From: a virus
IMG/VR virus record: IMGVR_UViG_3300042198_000079
Location: 80,635 to 144,634 of that record
Direction: 5' to 3' (one strand)
DNA: 64,000 nt
In this document: positions 29,724-39,191 of the stretch, one piece after another
Layout: each line of letters starts with the position of its first letter
Numbering within the stretch: the stretch's first letter is position 1
The notes under the pieces: generated by a model
Told to the model about the DNA's origin: nothing
Database searches by the model: none
What the model saw: only the letters and a program-made list of their open reading frames with translations
Program-made: the position numbers and the translations under genes

Positions 29724-30221
29724 ATGTTAGAAAAATTTAATAATTATATCAATGAATTTCTTTTAGAAAAAAAAGATAGATGTCACAGAAAAGCCGAACA
29801 AGTTTATGGTAAAAAAACTTCTGCATATAGAAGCGGAGCAATAGTAAAATGCAGACAAGGCAAAATCTGGAAAAAGAAAAAAATTAAAGAAAATACAATA
29901 AAAGAAGAGACGCTTGAAGAACCAACACAACTTAATGAAAAAAACACTTTCTCGAAAGAAAAAGAAAGTGGTTTACATGGTTGGTTTTCTCGTCAAGGAG
30001 GAAAAGGAAAAAGTAAAGGCTGGGTAGATTGTAATACCTGTCGTAAAGATAAAAAAACAGGAAAGAAAACCTGCAAAACCTGTGGAAGAGGCAAAGGCGA
30101 AAAAAGAAGCAAATATCCTGCCTGTCGTCCAACACCTTCAGCGTGTAATTCCAGAAAAAGATTAAAAAAAGGATCTAAAAGAATTTCTTGGAAAAAAGGA
30201 AGTAGAACGAAATCCAAATAA
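29724..30221 (+). CDS. Basic Cys-rich CTS-leader protein
   Basis: TATAAATA 29710-29717; MLEKFNNYINEFLLE; SAYRSGAIVKCR, GWVDC, YPACRP. Confidence 0.7.
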   Translation: MLEKFNNYINEFLLEKKDRCHRKAEQVYGKKTSAYRSGAIVKCRQGKIWKKKKIKENTIKEETLEEPTQLNEKNTFSKEKESGLHGWFSRQGGKGKSKGWVDCNTCRKDKKTGKKTCKTCGRGKGEKRSKYPACRPTPSACNSRKRLKKGSKRISWKKGSRTKSK

Positions 30222-30223
30222 AA

Positions 30224-31003
30224 TTATTCTGTTTCTAAGTTTAAATATTTTGGAGGAACGTGTCCGTGAATAATTAAAGTATCTTCGCTTATTCCCTCCC
30301 AAGATTCTACTTCGCAATAATAATTATCTAAGCCTATCATATGTGCCAAAGATCTTTTTAATTCACATATATTTACAGATTCTTCTTGTGTTACTTCTGG
30401 CATATATCCGTCCTTTTTCATTAATCCTAAATCAATACTAAAAACACAATCTCCATACGATCCTGAACCGCTTAGTGCGTTTTCATCTTCGTCAGTAAAA
30501 CAAAAAATAGCATCTCCTGTAGATCTATTAGATATTCCTCTTGTTTCATTTCTTGGTTCTAATCCACGTTTTTTTATACTTTCTACATTTTTACGTGGTG
30601 TTGCATGATATATAAAGCTCACATTTTCCTTTTCTGGAACGCTATCCCAAAATGATTCTTCTTCTCGTTCTGGTAAAAGCATTTCTACATCATAATCAGA
30701 TAAATTATCTAACCATTCATCAGCTTTTTCTGAACGACTACCGTCGTATATATAAGTGTCTTTTTTGAAATTATAAACTATATATTTTTCTTTTTCTTTA
30801 CTTAATTCGACAACCCAAAACACAATTCCGAATAATGTAAATATTTCTTCTATTTCATAAAGTTCTAAATTTGTTAAAAAATAATCATCTCTTGGATCAA
30901 ATTCAGACACATTGTCAATATTTAATATATTTTTATAGTGTCTTATTTTTCTTTCTTTCGCTCTTTCTTCATTATCGTCTTCGGGAACATCGAACAAAAG
31001 CAT
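30224..31003 (-). CDS. Protein with Tpt1/KptA-like ADP-ribosyltransferase-fold domain
   Basis: YHATPRKNVESIKKRGLEP and HGHVPPKYL; the frame stays open upstream with a CTS-like LSKYNKFIKE segment. Confidence 0.6.
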   Translation of the reverse strand: MLLFDVPEDDNEERAKERKIRHYKNILNIDNVSEFDPRDDYFLTNLELYEIEEIFTLFGIVFWVVELSKEKEKYIVYNFKKDTYIYDGSRSEKADEWLDNLSDYDVEMLLPEREEESFWDSVPEKENVSFIYHATPRKNVESIKKRGLEPRNETRGISNRSTGDAIFCFTDEDENALSGSGSYGDCVFSIDLGLMKKDGYMPEVTQEESVNICELKRSLAHMIGLDNYYCEVESWEGISEDTLIIHGHVPPKYLNLETE

Positions 31004-31050
31004 TTGCTCATATTGTTCTTTTATAAATTTATTATATTTAGATAAAACAC

Positions 31051-31109
31051 AAAGATACTTATATTAATTTACTGGTTTAGTAATTAATTTCGTTTCGAGT
31101 TTCTTTATA
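31051..31109. repeat. 59-bp imperfect direct repeat, copy A
   Basis: 53/59 identical to 31871-31929 (offset 820). Confidence 0.9.
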
Positions 31110-31136
31110 AAATATTCTTATCCGTTAAGGTGGGAT

Positions 31137-32792
31137 TTAAAATGTTTGTATAGCAGGACGAAATCTTGCTCTTTTTTCATCTATCACATCAAAATAAATT
31201 CTACCATATATTTCAAACGGATAACCAACAAAATCCATTATATTTCCTAAAATTGGAAGTTTAGAACTAGTAAAATCCCAAATATCATAATATGAAATAT
31301 ATTCTCCTTCGTCGTCTTTACCATAACTTATTGTATAACTTCCCATAAATGTAGATTCTAGTCTATGACTAGGAAAACCACATAAATCTGATATTTGACT
31401 GGAAGTTGCTGGTTTTCTTATTTTTTTAGCAACATCTACAAGTATTTTAGTATTTTCTTCTGACATAATATAAAATTCTGCCAAATTATATTCTTTTTTC
31501 TCTGGTAAAATATCATAGTATATTGAATTTTTATTTTTACTTATTTTTGGGAGATGATTTGGATTTGTTATTTTAAAAAAACTTCTTTCTAACACTTCTT
31601 TATCTCCAGTAAGAAAATAATACCATGCATCATAATCTACTTTAAAATCATCTTCTAAATAATCATCATTTTCAATGTCATCGAAATATTTATCTTTTGT
31701 CACACGTAGAATAAGATTTATAAATTCGTTTATACTTTTAGGAAATTCATTTCTTGGATCGATGTTTCTAAATATTCTGTCTGCCAATGATTTAGGCAAC
31801 AACCCCTCATTTAATAAATTATCACAATATTTATTAAATGAATGTAATACAAACTTTTCTTTATTCATATAAAGATATTTATATTGATTTACTGGTTTAG
31901 TAATTAATTTCAATTCAAGTTTCTCTATATTAATTTTAATTTTTGGAACATAATCTTTTGGAAGTTTGTTTTCTATACCTAAAAATTCTGTATTTTCGTC
32001 CACTATAAAAGTTAAAACAAGATCTGTTAAATTTAACATAATTTGCGAAGAGGTCCAGACTTTGTAGTTTGTTCTATATGGTTCTAAATAACCGGGAATT
32101 CCGTCATGATGTTTTCTGAGACTAGCAAGCAATTCTTCTGGAGTTTCTGATTTTCTTGCTTCTTTTGTTGCCAATCTATATCTAGACATAGACGATTTTC
32201 TATCTTTTCCTGTTTGATATCCTTGATCTGGATATTGAATACCGTGATTAGTTCTAACTATAATTTCATCTTTTCCAAACTTTTTAATTGACGGTTTTCC
32301 AAATTTCAATTTTTCAATTGAAACAAAATAATCTTTACAACCAACTGTTGTATGTCCTCCTATACCTCTTTGGTAAAGATCTAAACATTTTATAACTTTT
32401 TCGATATTACTATAACCAAGTGCTTTTCTTATTTTAAATCCATCTTTTGATATTTTTGTTTTTTTATTTCTATGTTTTTTATCCATAGATACTCCTTCGT
32501 TTTCGTCTTTTTTTCCTTGTAGAGTAGTATTAACTATTCCTATACCAAATTCGTTCATTCCTTCCGAATAATCAGTTTCTTCATCGTGCATATATACTGT
32601 TTCTATCCCATTTATAATTTCTCTAACTATAGATATTCTCGGAATATATGTTCTATCTCTGTTTTTTGCTAAAATTACTTTTCCCGCAACCGAAGTTCCG
32701 ACTGATGTGCATTCGTTTAATATTTTAAAATTATGATTATTTAAAGTTTCCAATAAAAACTTATTATATTTATGTAAAAATAAAAAATTCAT
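31137..32792 (-). CDS. Fusion of a CTS-leader Ntn (C45/AAT-like) cysteine hydrolase with a second CTS-leader gene (internal ATG 31868)
   Basis: ILNE|CTSVG...LAKNRDR, EGMNEFGI, RTNHG; internal TATAAATA at 31876-31883 followed by MNKEKFVLHSFNKYCDNLLNE. Confidence 0.75.
   Translation of the reverse strand: MNFLFLHKYNKFLLETLNNHNFKILNECTSVGTSVAGKVILAKNRDRTYIPRISIVREIINGIETVYMHDEETDYSEGMNEFGIGIVNTTLQGKKDENEGVSMDKKHRNKKTKISKDGFKIRKALGYSNIEKVIKCLDLYQRGIGGHTTVGCKDYFVSIEKLKFGKPSIKKFGKDEIIVRTNHGIQYPDQGYQTGKDRKSSMSRYRLATKEARKSETPEELLASLRKHHDGIPGYLEPYRTNYKVWTSSQIMLNLTDLVLTFIVDENTEFLGIENKLPKDYVPKIKINIEKLELKLITKPVNQYKYLYMNKEKFVLHSFNKYCDNLLNEGLLPKSLADRIFRNIDPRNEFPKSINEFINLILRVTKDKYFDDIENDDYLEDDFKVDYDAWYYFLTGDKEVLERSFFKITNPNHLPKISKNKNSIYYDILPEKKEYNLAEFYIMSEENTKILVDVAKKIRKPATSSQISDLCGFPSHRLESTFMGSYTISYGKDDEGEYISYYDIWDFTSSKLPILGNIMDFVGYPFEIYGRIYFDVIDEKRARFRPAIQTF
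31871..31929. repeat. 59-bp imperfect direct repeat, copy B
   Basis: Matches 31051-31109; has CAA where copy A has a TAA stop. Confidence 0.9.
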
Positions 32793-32820
32793 TATTAGTA
32801 TTTATTTGAAAAAATAAAAG

Positions 32821-32924
32821 TTTTAAGAAAATTTGTTAGTGAGTCTCTGTCAACCACTTCTTCTTCGAGAACTCCAAAAGGTTGGGAAAGTGCGAAAACT
32901 CCTACCTAACAAATTTTCTTAAAA
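32821..32924. other. Intergenic structured element with 19-bp perfect terminal inverted repeats
   Basis: ttttaagaaaatttgttag (32821-32839) pairs with ctaacaaattttcttaaaa (32906-32924); inner caacc/ggttg and ttct-tcg-agaa pairings. Confidence 0.7.
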
Positions 32925-32927
32925 TTC

Positions 32928-34409
32928 TTAATTTTCGTTCGCTTTGTTTTCTTCTTCTAATTCTATAATTCTTCTTATTATATATAGAGGATTTTTAAAA
33001 GTGTCTACGATATAGACACTTTTATAATATTCTAATATTTTCATATAATTATCTAAAGCTTTTTTATTTTTAATATGCCCGAGACTTCCTAATTCTTTAA
33101 AAACTCCTCTACCATATATTATCATATATGCATATGTATTATATTTCTCATAGTCATCCGTATCTTTTAGTTTGCCTTCTTCGTCTAAATTTAAAATATC
33201 GCAAACTTTATTAAAATCGTCTTTCATGTCGTTCCAAGATTCTATATATTCTTTTTTCTTTTTTTCTTCTTCGGCTTTATAATATTCTCTTTTTCTTATT
33301 CGTTGTTCTTCTTCTCTTTTTTCTTTTGAAAAAGTTTCTCCAGTATTAATATTTTCCTCTCCCCTTTCATACCAAATTCTTTTAAATTTATTTTTAAAGT
33401 CTGATAATTTTTCATCGTGATATAAAGTAACATCTATATCACCTCTTTCCGATTTTATTCTTATCTCCATTCCGTGCCTAGTGAATTTTTTAAACATTTT
33501 ATGTTTTTTTTGTCCCATTTTTAAGTTTGCCATTCTGTATGGCAAACTCGCATCATAAATGTCAATTTTTATTTCTCTACCCTTTACAGTCCAAAATATT
33601 TTATTATTATCACTATTTTTAATTTTGTCCTCGTTCATTTCTTTTGCTAAGAATGCTACAATTTTTCTTTTTAGCCTAAAAAGAAATTCTCCTCTTATTT
33701 CGTTTGAACCATTTCCCGTTACAAATGTTTCTATTATTTCAAAAGAAAAAGGAGTTAACCATAATATTTGTTCCGGTTCAGCATGATATATTGATGCTTG
33801 ATTTAATGTTTTTGCTTTGTCTTCCAAACAATCTATCCTCATAGATTTTAAAATTTTAGATTGATCAAATTGATTTCTAACAGTTGGTTCTACGAAATTA
33901 TAATTTCTTCTACTATTTGTTCGCGTATTTGAAAAATCCATTTGAACTGCCGTCATGAATAATTTTCCGGGCGAGGTTACTCCTTTAGCTTTATTTGGAT
34001 AAATTTTTTTTGCTCTAAAATATGAATCTTCGAAATCTATATCTTCAAAATTTGCTCTTTTTAACAAGTCTATAGCAAACCATTCCTCCATATCACTTAA
34101 TATTACTTTATGTTTAGATGTGTCTTTTATAACTTTTAAAAATTTACTGTTAGCTCCGTAAAAAATATCACCCGGATGATCTATTACATATTTCAAAGGA
34201 TATGCATATGTCCCTACGGGATCGTTGTGGGTAGGATCTTTACTAAAACCTTTGGATAAAACATCTGTACTATTTCCATTATCAAATCTAACATATAAAG
34301 TCGGGTCATTTTTTTTAGATTTATATTTTTTATAAAATTCGTTAAATCCTTTTGAAAAAACGTCAGAAAAATGCACTTCGCATAAAATATAATTTTTAAA
34401 ACTTCTCAT
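32928..34409 (-). CDS. CTS-leader protein, possible ART-like N-terminal domain
   Basis: TATAAATA 34419-34426; MRSFKNYILCE; PVGTYAYP and IDCLED...IYHAEPEQILWL. Confidence 0.6.
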   Translation of the reverse strand: MRSFKNYILCEVHFSDVFSKGFNEFYKKYKSKKNDPTLYVRFDNGNSTDVLSKGFSKDPTHNDPVGTYAYPLKYVIDHPGDIFYGANSKFLKVIKDTSKHKVILSDMEEWFAIDLLKRANFEDIDFEDSYFRAKKIYPNKAKGVTSPGKLFMTAVQMDFSNTRTNSRRNYNFVEPTVRNQFDQSKILKSMRIDCLEDKAKTLNQASIYHAEPEQILWLTPFSFEIIETFVTGNGSNEIRGEFLFRLKRKIVAFLAKEMNEDKIKNSDNNKIFWTVKGREIKIDIYDASLPYRMANLKMGQKKHKMFKKFTRHGMEIRIKSERGDIDVTLYHDEKLSDFKNKFKRIWYERGEENINTGETFSKEKREEEQRIRKREYYKAEEEKKKKEYIESWNDMKDDFNKVCDILNLDEEGKLKDTDDYEKYNTYAYMIIYGRGVFKELGSLGHIKNKKALDNYMKILEYYKSVYIVDTFKNPLYIIRRIIELEEENKANEN

Positions 34410-34461
34410 TATATATCTTATTTATATTAATTTTGATTAGTAAAACTAAATATATTAAACA

Positions 34462-34929
34462 ATGACATCGACAATTTTAGAAAAATATACAAATTATATA
34501 AATTCTATTTTTGAATCCGAATCTAAAAAACAGGCAGTATTTATAATAATACCGATTAGTGAGAACACATTAGCAGCAACAACAAGACCAAACGAAGAAA
34601 ACAAAATAGGACTTCCCGGAGGGAAGGTAGATCCCGGAGAAGAATTGATAGATGCTGTTGTTAGAGAATCTACAGAAGAAGGATGGAAAATAGACCGGAA
34701 GTTAGTTTCCGAAACCCCTATACGCGATATATTAATAAATAATACACACGTTTATTGGTTTAGATATACAGGAACAGCAGAAGAATTATCAGAATATAAA
34801 GAAAAACATAGAGGTATACTCCCCATAGTAGTAACAGTTGAAGAAATTTCAAATTCTGGTTTTGGTAATGAATTTATTAGAAATTGGTGGAAGGAAAACG
34901 TAAAATTATTAAACGAAAAAAATAAATAA
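34462..34929 (+). CDS. NUDIX hydrolase with CTS-like leader
   Basis: Nudix box GGKVDPGEELIDAVVRESTEEG; N-terminus ...KYTNYINSIFE. Confidence 0.88.
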   Translation: MTSTILEKYTNYINSIFESESKKQAVFIIIPISENTLAATTRPNEENKIGLPGGKVDPGEELIDAVVRESTEEGWKIDRKLVSETPIRDILINNTHVYWFRYTGTAEELSEYKEKHRGILPIVVTVEEISNSGFGNEFIRNWWKENVKLLNEKNK

Positions 34930-34934
34930 TATAT

Positions 34935-35963
34935 ATGAATTCTGATTTTTCTGTTCCAGATTTTAAACTATTTCCAGTTACTAGGGATTTTATAGGAAGC
35001 ACTGTTAAAAATCTTTGGCACCTTGAACAATTGGGATTAAAAAATGTTTGGGAAACAACTAAAGGATCTGGTATAAAAATAGCAATTTTAGATTCTGGAT
35101 TTGCACCACATGAAGAAATTAGTAATGTAAAAGAATCGATATCTTTTGTTTTAGATGAAGACGAAATAGATTATGCCGGACACGGAACTAGTGTAATAGG
35201 GATCTTGGGATCTAAGTGCAAAGAACTTTGCGGCATATGTCCTGAATCAGAAATATATTCTTTAAAGATTTTGAATAGATATATCGAAGGAAATTTTGAT
35301 TCTTTGTATAAAGCACTAGAATGGTGTTTAAAAAATAAACCAGATATAATAAATTTATCAATATCTTCCAAAACGGTTATGCCTCCCAATATAAAACAAA
35401 TATTGGAAGAATTGTACAATCAAAATATAATTATATGTGCATCGACTGGGAACGATAGTTCGGAAATTTCTTATCCTGCAAAATATGAATCCGTATTTTC
35501 AATAGGAGCATATGATCGAGACGGCAACATTGCAGCATTTTCTAACAGAGGAAACGAAATAGACTTTTCTGCTCCCGGTGTTGACATTTATACATGTAGT
35601 AATAAAAATAATGGATATGTACATGCGACCGGAACTAGTTTTGCTAGTCCGATATTTGCAGGAATAGTTTCTTTAATTTTATCAAAACACACTTTTGAAA
35701 GCATTAATCAATTAAAAACATATTTGGTAAAACACGTAAAAGATATGGGAGAAAAAGGATGGGATAAATTTTATGGATGGGGAAGCATTATACCAGAAAC
35801 TGGTATAGAAATTTCAAACGATAAAACTTCTATCCGAGAAGAAAAAATTATATTGGGGACAAAACAAAAATGCTTTATAGATGATTTGCTTTTTCTTTTA
35901 AAGTCATTTAATAATTTAATAGGAAACGATAAAAATAAATTTCCAATATATCACAAAAATTAA
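34935..35963 (+). CDS. Subtilisin-like S8 serine protease
   Basis: Catalytic triad motifs ILDSG, GHGTSV, GTSFASP; oxyanion GN. Confidence 0.92.
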   Translation: MNSDFSVPDFKLFPVTRDFIGSTVKNLWHLEQLGLKNVWETTKGSGIKIAILDSGFAPHEEISNVKESISFVLDEDEIDYAGHGTSVIGILGSKCKELCGICPESEIYSLKILNRYIEGNFDSLYKALEWCLKNKPDIINLSISSKTVMPPNIKQILEELYNQNIIICASTGNDSSEISYPAKYESVFSIGAYDRDGNIAAFSNRGNEIDFSAPGVDIYTCSNKNNGYVHATGTSFASPIFAGIVSLILSKHTFESINQLKTYLVKHVKDMGEKGWDKFYGWGSIIPETGIEISNDKTSIREEKIILGTKQKCFIDDLLFLLKSFNNLIGNDKNKFPIYHKN

Positions 35964-36454
35964 TAATTAGTTTGAAAATTTTTCAAATCTTTTTCGCTCC
36001 AAATTTGGAACTCCCATCCTTTTTTATCACAATGTTCTTTTGCGGTTTTCCATTTTTGAATATTCATTAAAGTTTCATTTATTCTATAATTCCAAGTAGA
36101 GATTTTCTCTCTAGGTGATTTGATTAATGTTTTGTTTTCTGTTAATAATTTAACATTGTTTATTTGTTTTTGTGGTTTTATTTCTGCTAATATTATTTTT
36201 CCATCAGACGTTTCTATAATAAAATCTACAAAATATCTTGCGTTTCTTACTGTTCCGTCTTTCTGAATTTTTTTGTAAGATATCCAATACAGTTCGCTTC
36301 CCCATTTTTTTATTTTAGGAGATCTGTCCAACAGTCTCATATAATCTGCTTCTAATTTAGATCTATAAAAAGGCAAGTTTTCGTTTAAAAGTTTCTGAGG
36401 ATTTGACGGTTTCCAAAATCCTTGCTTGTAACCATCTTTGTTAATTTTGCCCAT
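35960..36454 (-). CDS. gp4: Head completion nuclease gp4 (TnsA-like)
   Basis: YRSKLE, WGSE, RYFVDF, EIKP, NIQKWKTA, WEFQIWSE. Confidence 0.88.
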   Translation of the reverse strand: MGKINKDGYKQGFWKPSNPQKLLNENLPFYRSKLEADYMRLLDRSPKIKKWGSELYWISYKKIQKDGTVRNARYFVDFIIETSDGKIILAEIKPQKQINNVKLLTENKTLIKSPREKISTWNYRINETLMNIQKWKTAKEHCDKKGWEFQIWSEKDLKNFQTNY

Positions 36455-36494
36455 GCTATTGAAAATATTTATATTGGCATGGTAAATATAACAT

Positions 36495-36875
36495 ATGATG
36501 ATGAATAATGCATTTAAGTCGCCGGAACTAAACCGTCAAAACCTTAATACTCTTTTTCCTACAAAGGATTATGTTCCTGTTCAAATATTATTTGTAACAG
36601 AAAGAATAAACGAACCGGGGAGAAAATATTACAGACTTCCTAAAAGCAAAGTAGCATATTCGATGGGGTCTTTAAATATAACAATAGGAGATCTTACTAT
36701 TGATGAACTTTATGATTATGTAGATCAAACTATGGAAGATAGTATATATGAAGGAAACATATTAGATATAAAAATAGAAGAACCCCCGAATTATCAAAAT
36801 TATCAAAATACTGAACAACAACAGCAACAACAAAATAACCCCTCAAATATTACTGGTAATATTATTACTATTTGA
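36495..36875 (+). CDS. Hypothetical protein
   Basis: 126-aa ORF with a Q/N-rich tail. Confidence 0.6.
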   Translation: MMMNNAFKSPELNRQNLNTLFPTKDYVPVQILFVTERINEPGRKYYRLPKSKVAYSMGSLNITIGDLTIDELYDYVDQTMEDSIYEGNILDIKIEEPPNYQNYQNTEQQQQQQNNPSNITGNIITI

Positions 36876-37327
36876 ATTTTTGTTATATGGAATGGGAAAA
36901 TGTTCCAGAAAATTTGGACGAATGGTTCGGATTTGTATATTTGATAGAAAGATTGAATGCAAAGGAAAACGAAAAAAAATATTATTGGGGATGTAAAACT
37001 TTAAAGAAAACAGTAAAATTAAATCCATTAAAAGGATATAAAAGAAAAAGAAAAAAAATATCCGATACTGATTGGAAAAATTATTATGGAAGTAGTGAAG
37101 AATTAAAAAAAGATATAGATATACATGGTAAAGAAAATTTTAAAAGAACAATGATAAAAATGTGTAAAAGCAAATGGGAATTAAAATACGAAGAATTAAA
37201 AATTCAAATAGAAAACGATGTTTTATTTAGAGAAGATACATACAACGGAATAATAAATGCAAGATTGGGGAATTGTCCAAAAGTTTTAAAAGAAGAATAT
37301 TTAAAATCTAAAACATTAAATACTTGA
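36872..37327 (+). CDS. GIY-YIG endonuclease (EndoII/DenA-like)
   Basis: GFVYLI...KYYWGCK, DWKNYYGSS, E...YNG.I. Confidence 0.8.
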   Translation: MNFCYMEWENVPENLDEWFGFVYLIERLNAKENEKKYYWGCKTLKKTVKLNPLKGYKRKRKKISDTDWKNYYGSSEELKKDIDIHGKENFKRTMIKMCKSKWELKYEELKIQIENDVLFREDTYNGIINARLGNCPKVLKEEYLKSKTLNT

Positions 37328-37361
37328 TTCTATTTTCAATAAATGTTACATTATAATTCGT

Positions 37362-37778
37362 ATGAGTGAAAAAATGAACAATGAAGATTGTCCAATAAAA
37401 ACAAGAAGCGACGAAATTAAAAAATTTATCGTGTTCGATGAAAACGATATAGAAGAAAAAATAAAAAAAGTAGATGTATTTAATTTAAATTTAGTAACTG
37501 ATTATCATTTAGAGTATTCCGAATTTAAAAAGAAAGAAGATGCCTTTGAAGATTGGGTTCAAGAAAATATTAAAAAAAATATTGAAGACGGATCACCAAC
37601 CTCTAGAGCAGCAGAAGAATCTTTAAAAAAGACAAAAGAATATAAAAGAATAAAAAGAGAAATAAGAAAGCACGAAGAATATATAAATTTTTTAAAAGAT
37701 GCAATTGGGATTATTAAAAATTTTAATTTTTCTATACAAAGATACATAGATAGAAAAAAATTCATAGAAAAAATATAA
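37362..37778 (+). CDS. uvsY: Recombination mediator UvsY-like
   Basis: 138-aa helical protein just upstream of uvsW, C-terminal NFSIQRYID; promoter TTGATT-N17-TACATT at 37324-37352. Confidence 0.6.
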   Translation: MSEKMNNEDCPIKTRSDEIKKFIVFDENDIEEKIKKVDVFNLNLVTDYHLEYSEFKKKEDAFEDWVQENIKKNIEDGSPTSRAAEESLKKTKEYKRIKREIRKHEEYINFLKDAIGIIKNFNFSIQRYIDRKKFIEKI

Positions 37779-39191
37779 ATGGTTGTAAAAATTATACATG
37801 TAGATAATAGATTAGCAAAAATAATATGTGATAAATCCTTATTAACGAGAATTCGTAATTTTTTTTCATATAGACAAACTACATGGAAAAATAAAAGAAA
37901 GACTTCTTATATAGAATATCTTTTTAATATTTCTGGAATTTTTAAAAAAGGATTAATACCTTTATTACAAGAATATTTAAATGTTAATAACATTGTTCAT
38001 ACGGTAGAATATTCTTATGAAAGAAAGATAGTTCCCATAGAAGAAGATAAAATATGGTTTCCAAAAAACAAAGAACCGTTTGATTACCAATTAAAAGCAG
38101 TTCTTCGTTCTTTAAAAAGAGAAAGAGGACTTTGGGATTTGGCAACTTCATCTGGTAAATCTCTTACTGCATGTATGTTTATACAATCATTTTTAAATCA
38201 TCATGATGGTTCCAAGGCAATGTTTGTCGTCAATGATACAAACCTTTTATATCAAGCTCAGAAAGACTTTATAGAATATGGAACAGATCCTGATGATATT
38301 ACCTTATGGGGCGATTTTAATGTTCCCGATTTTAATAAAAAAATTTTAATTGTTATAAGCAAATCTCTAATATCAAACTTTGAATTTAGTTATTCTTTTA
38401 CAAAAGACAGAACATTGCTTTTTTGTGATGAAGTTGATTTAGTAGCAAATCCAAAAACACAAATACATAAATTTATAGATAATCATTCGTCTGAATTTAG
38501 ATTTGGATGTACAGGAACTATACCGTCTGATATATATTTAAAACATAAATTGATTAGTAATTTTGGGGACATTATAATAAAAAAATCAGCAGAAGAATTA
38601 AGAACAACTGGAGTTTTAACTAGTTGTGAAGTTTTACCTTTTATGGTTTTTCACGACGAAAAGAGTAAAGAAACATTATCTTGGGAAGAAGAATTTGATT
38701 ATATCTGTAATTCTAATGAAAGAAATAAACTTTTATTAGATATTGCAATTTCATTAAAAACCAATACTCTCTTGTTGGTAGATAGAATATCGCAGATAGA
38801 ATACATAGAGTCAATATCAAAAGACATATCAGATAAAGAAATTTTTTTTATGAGAGGAGATATTCGATCCGAACAAAGAAAAGAAATTTTAGATAAAATG
38901 GAAACAATAAACAACGGTATTGTTGTTTCCATATCTACTTTATTTTCAAGAGGCGTTAGTGTTAAAAATATACATAATGTTATTTGTTCTTCTTTAGGCA
39001 AATCAGAATCGAGAATAATACAAACAATAGGAAGAGGTTTAAGAAAACACAAAACAAAAAATAAAGCACTTATTATAGATGTTTTTGATAATCTTAAATA
39101 TTCGAAAAAACACTGGAATAGCAGAAAAGAAGTTTATGCATCAGAAAATATACCAATATTATATCAAAAAACTTTTGATATAAATATTTAA
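37779..39191 (+). CDS. uvsW: SF2 helicase UvsW
   Basis: DYQ, ATSSGKS, CDEVD, GCTGT, QTIGRGLR. Confidence 0.93.
   Translation: MVVKIIHVDNRLAKIICDKSLLTRIRNFFSYRQTTWKNKRKTSYIEYLFNISGIFKKGLIPLLQEYLNVNNIVHTVEYSYERKIVPIEEDKIWFPKNKEPFDYQLKAVLRSLKRERGLWDLATSSGKSLTACMFIQSFLNHHDGSKAMFVVNDTNLLYQAQKDFIEYGTDPDDITLWGDFNVPDFNKKILIVISKSLISNFEFSYSFTKDRTLLFCDEVDLVANPKTQIHKFIDNHSSEFRFGCTGTIPSDIYLKHKLISNFGDIIIKKSAEELRTTGVLTSCEVLPFMVFHDEKSKETLSWEEEFDYICNSNERNKLLLDIAISLKTNTLLLVDRISQIEYIESISKDISDKEIFFMRGDIRSEQRKEILDKMETINNGIVVSISTLFSRGVSVKNIHNVICSSLGKSESRIIQTIGRGLRKHKTKNKALIIDVFDNLKYSKKHWNSRKEVYASENIPILYQKTFDINI

Noticed and set aside
35960-37327. TnsA-like and GIY-YIG nucleases as mobile elements
   Set aside because: Their motifs and position near uvsY/uvsW fit the core T4-like gp4 and EndoII-like genes.
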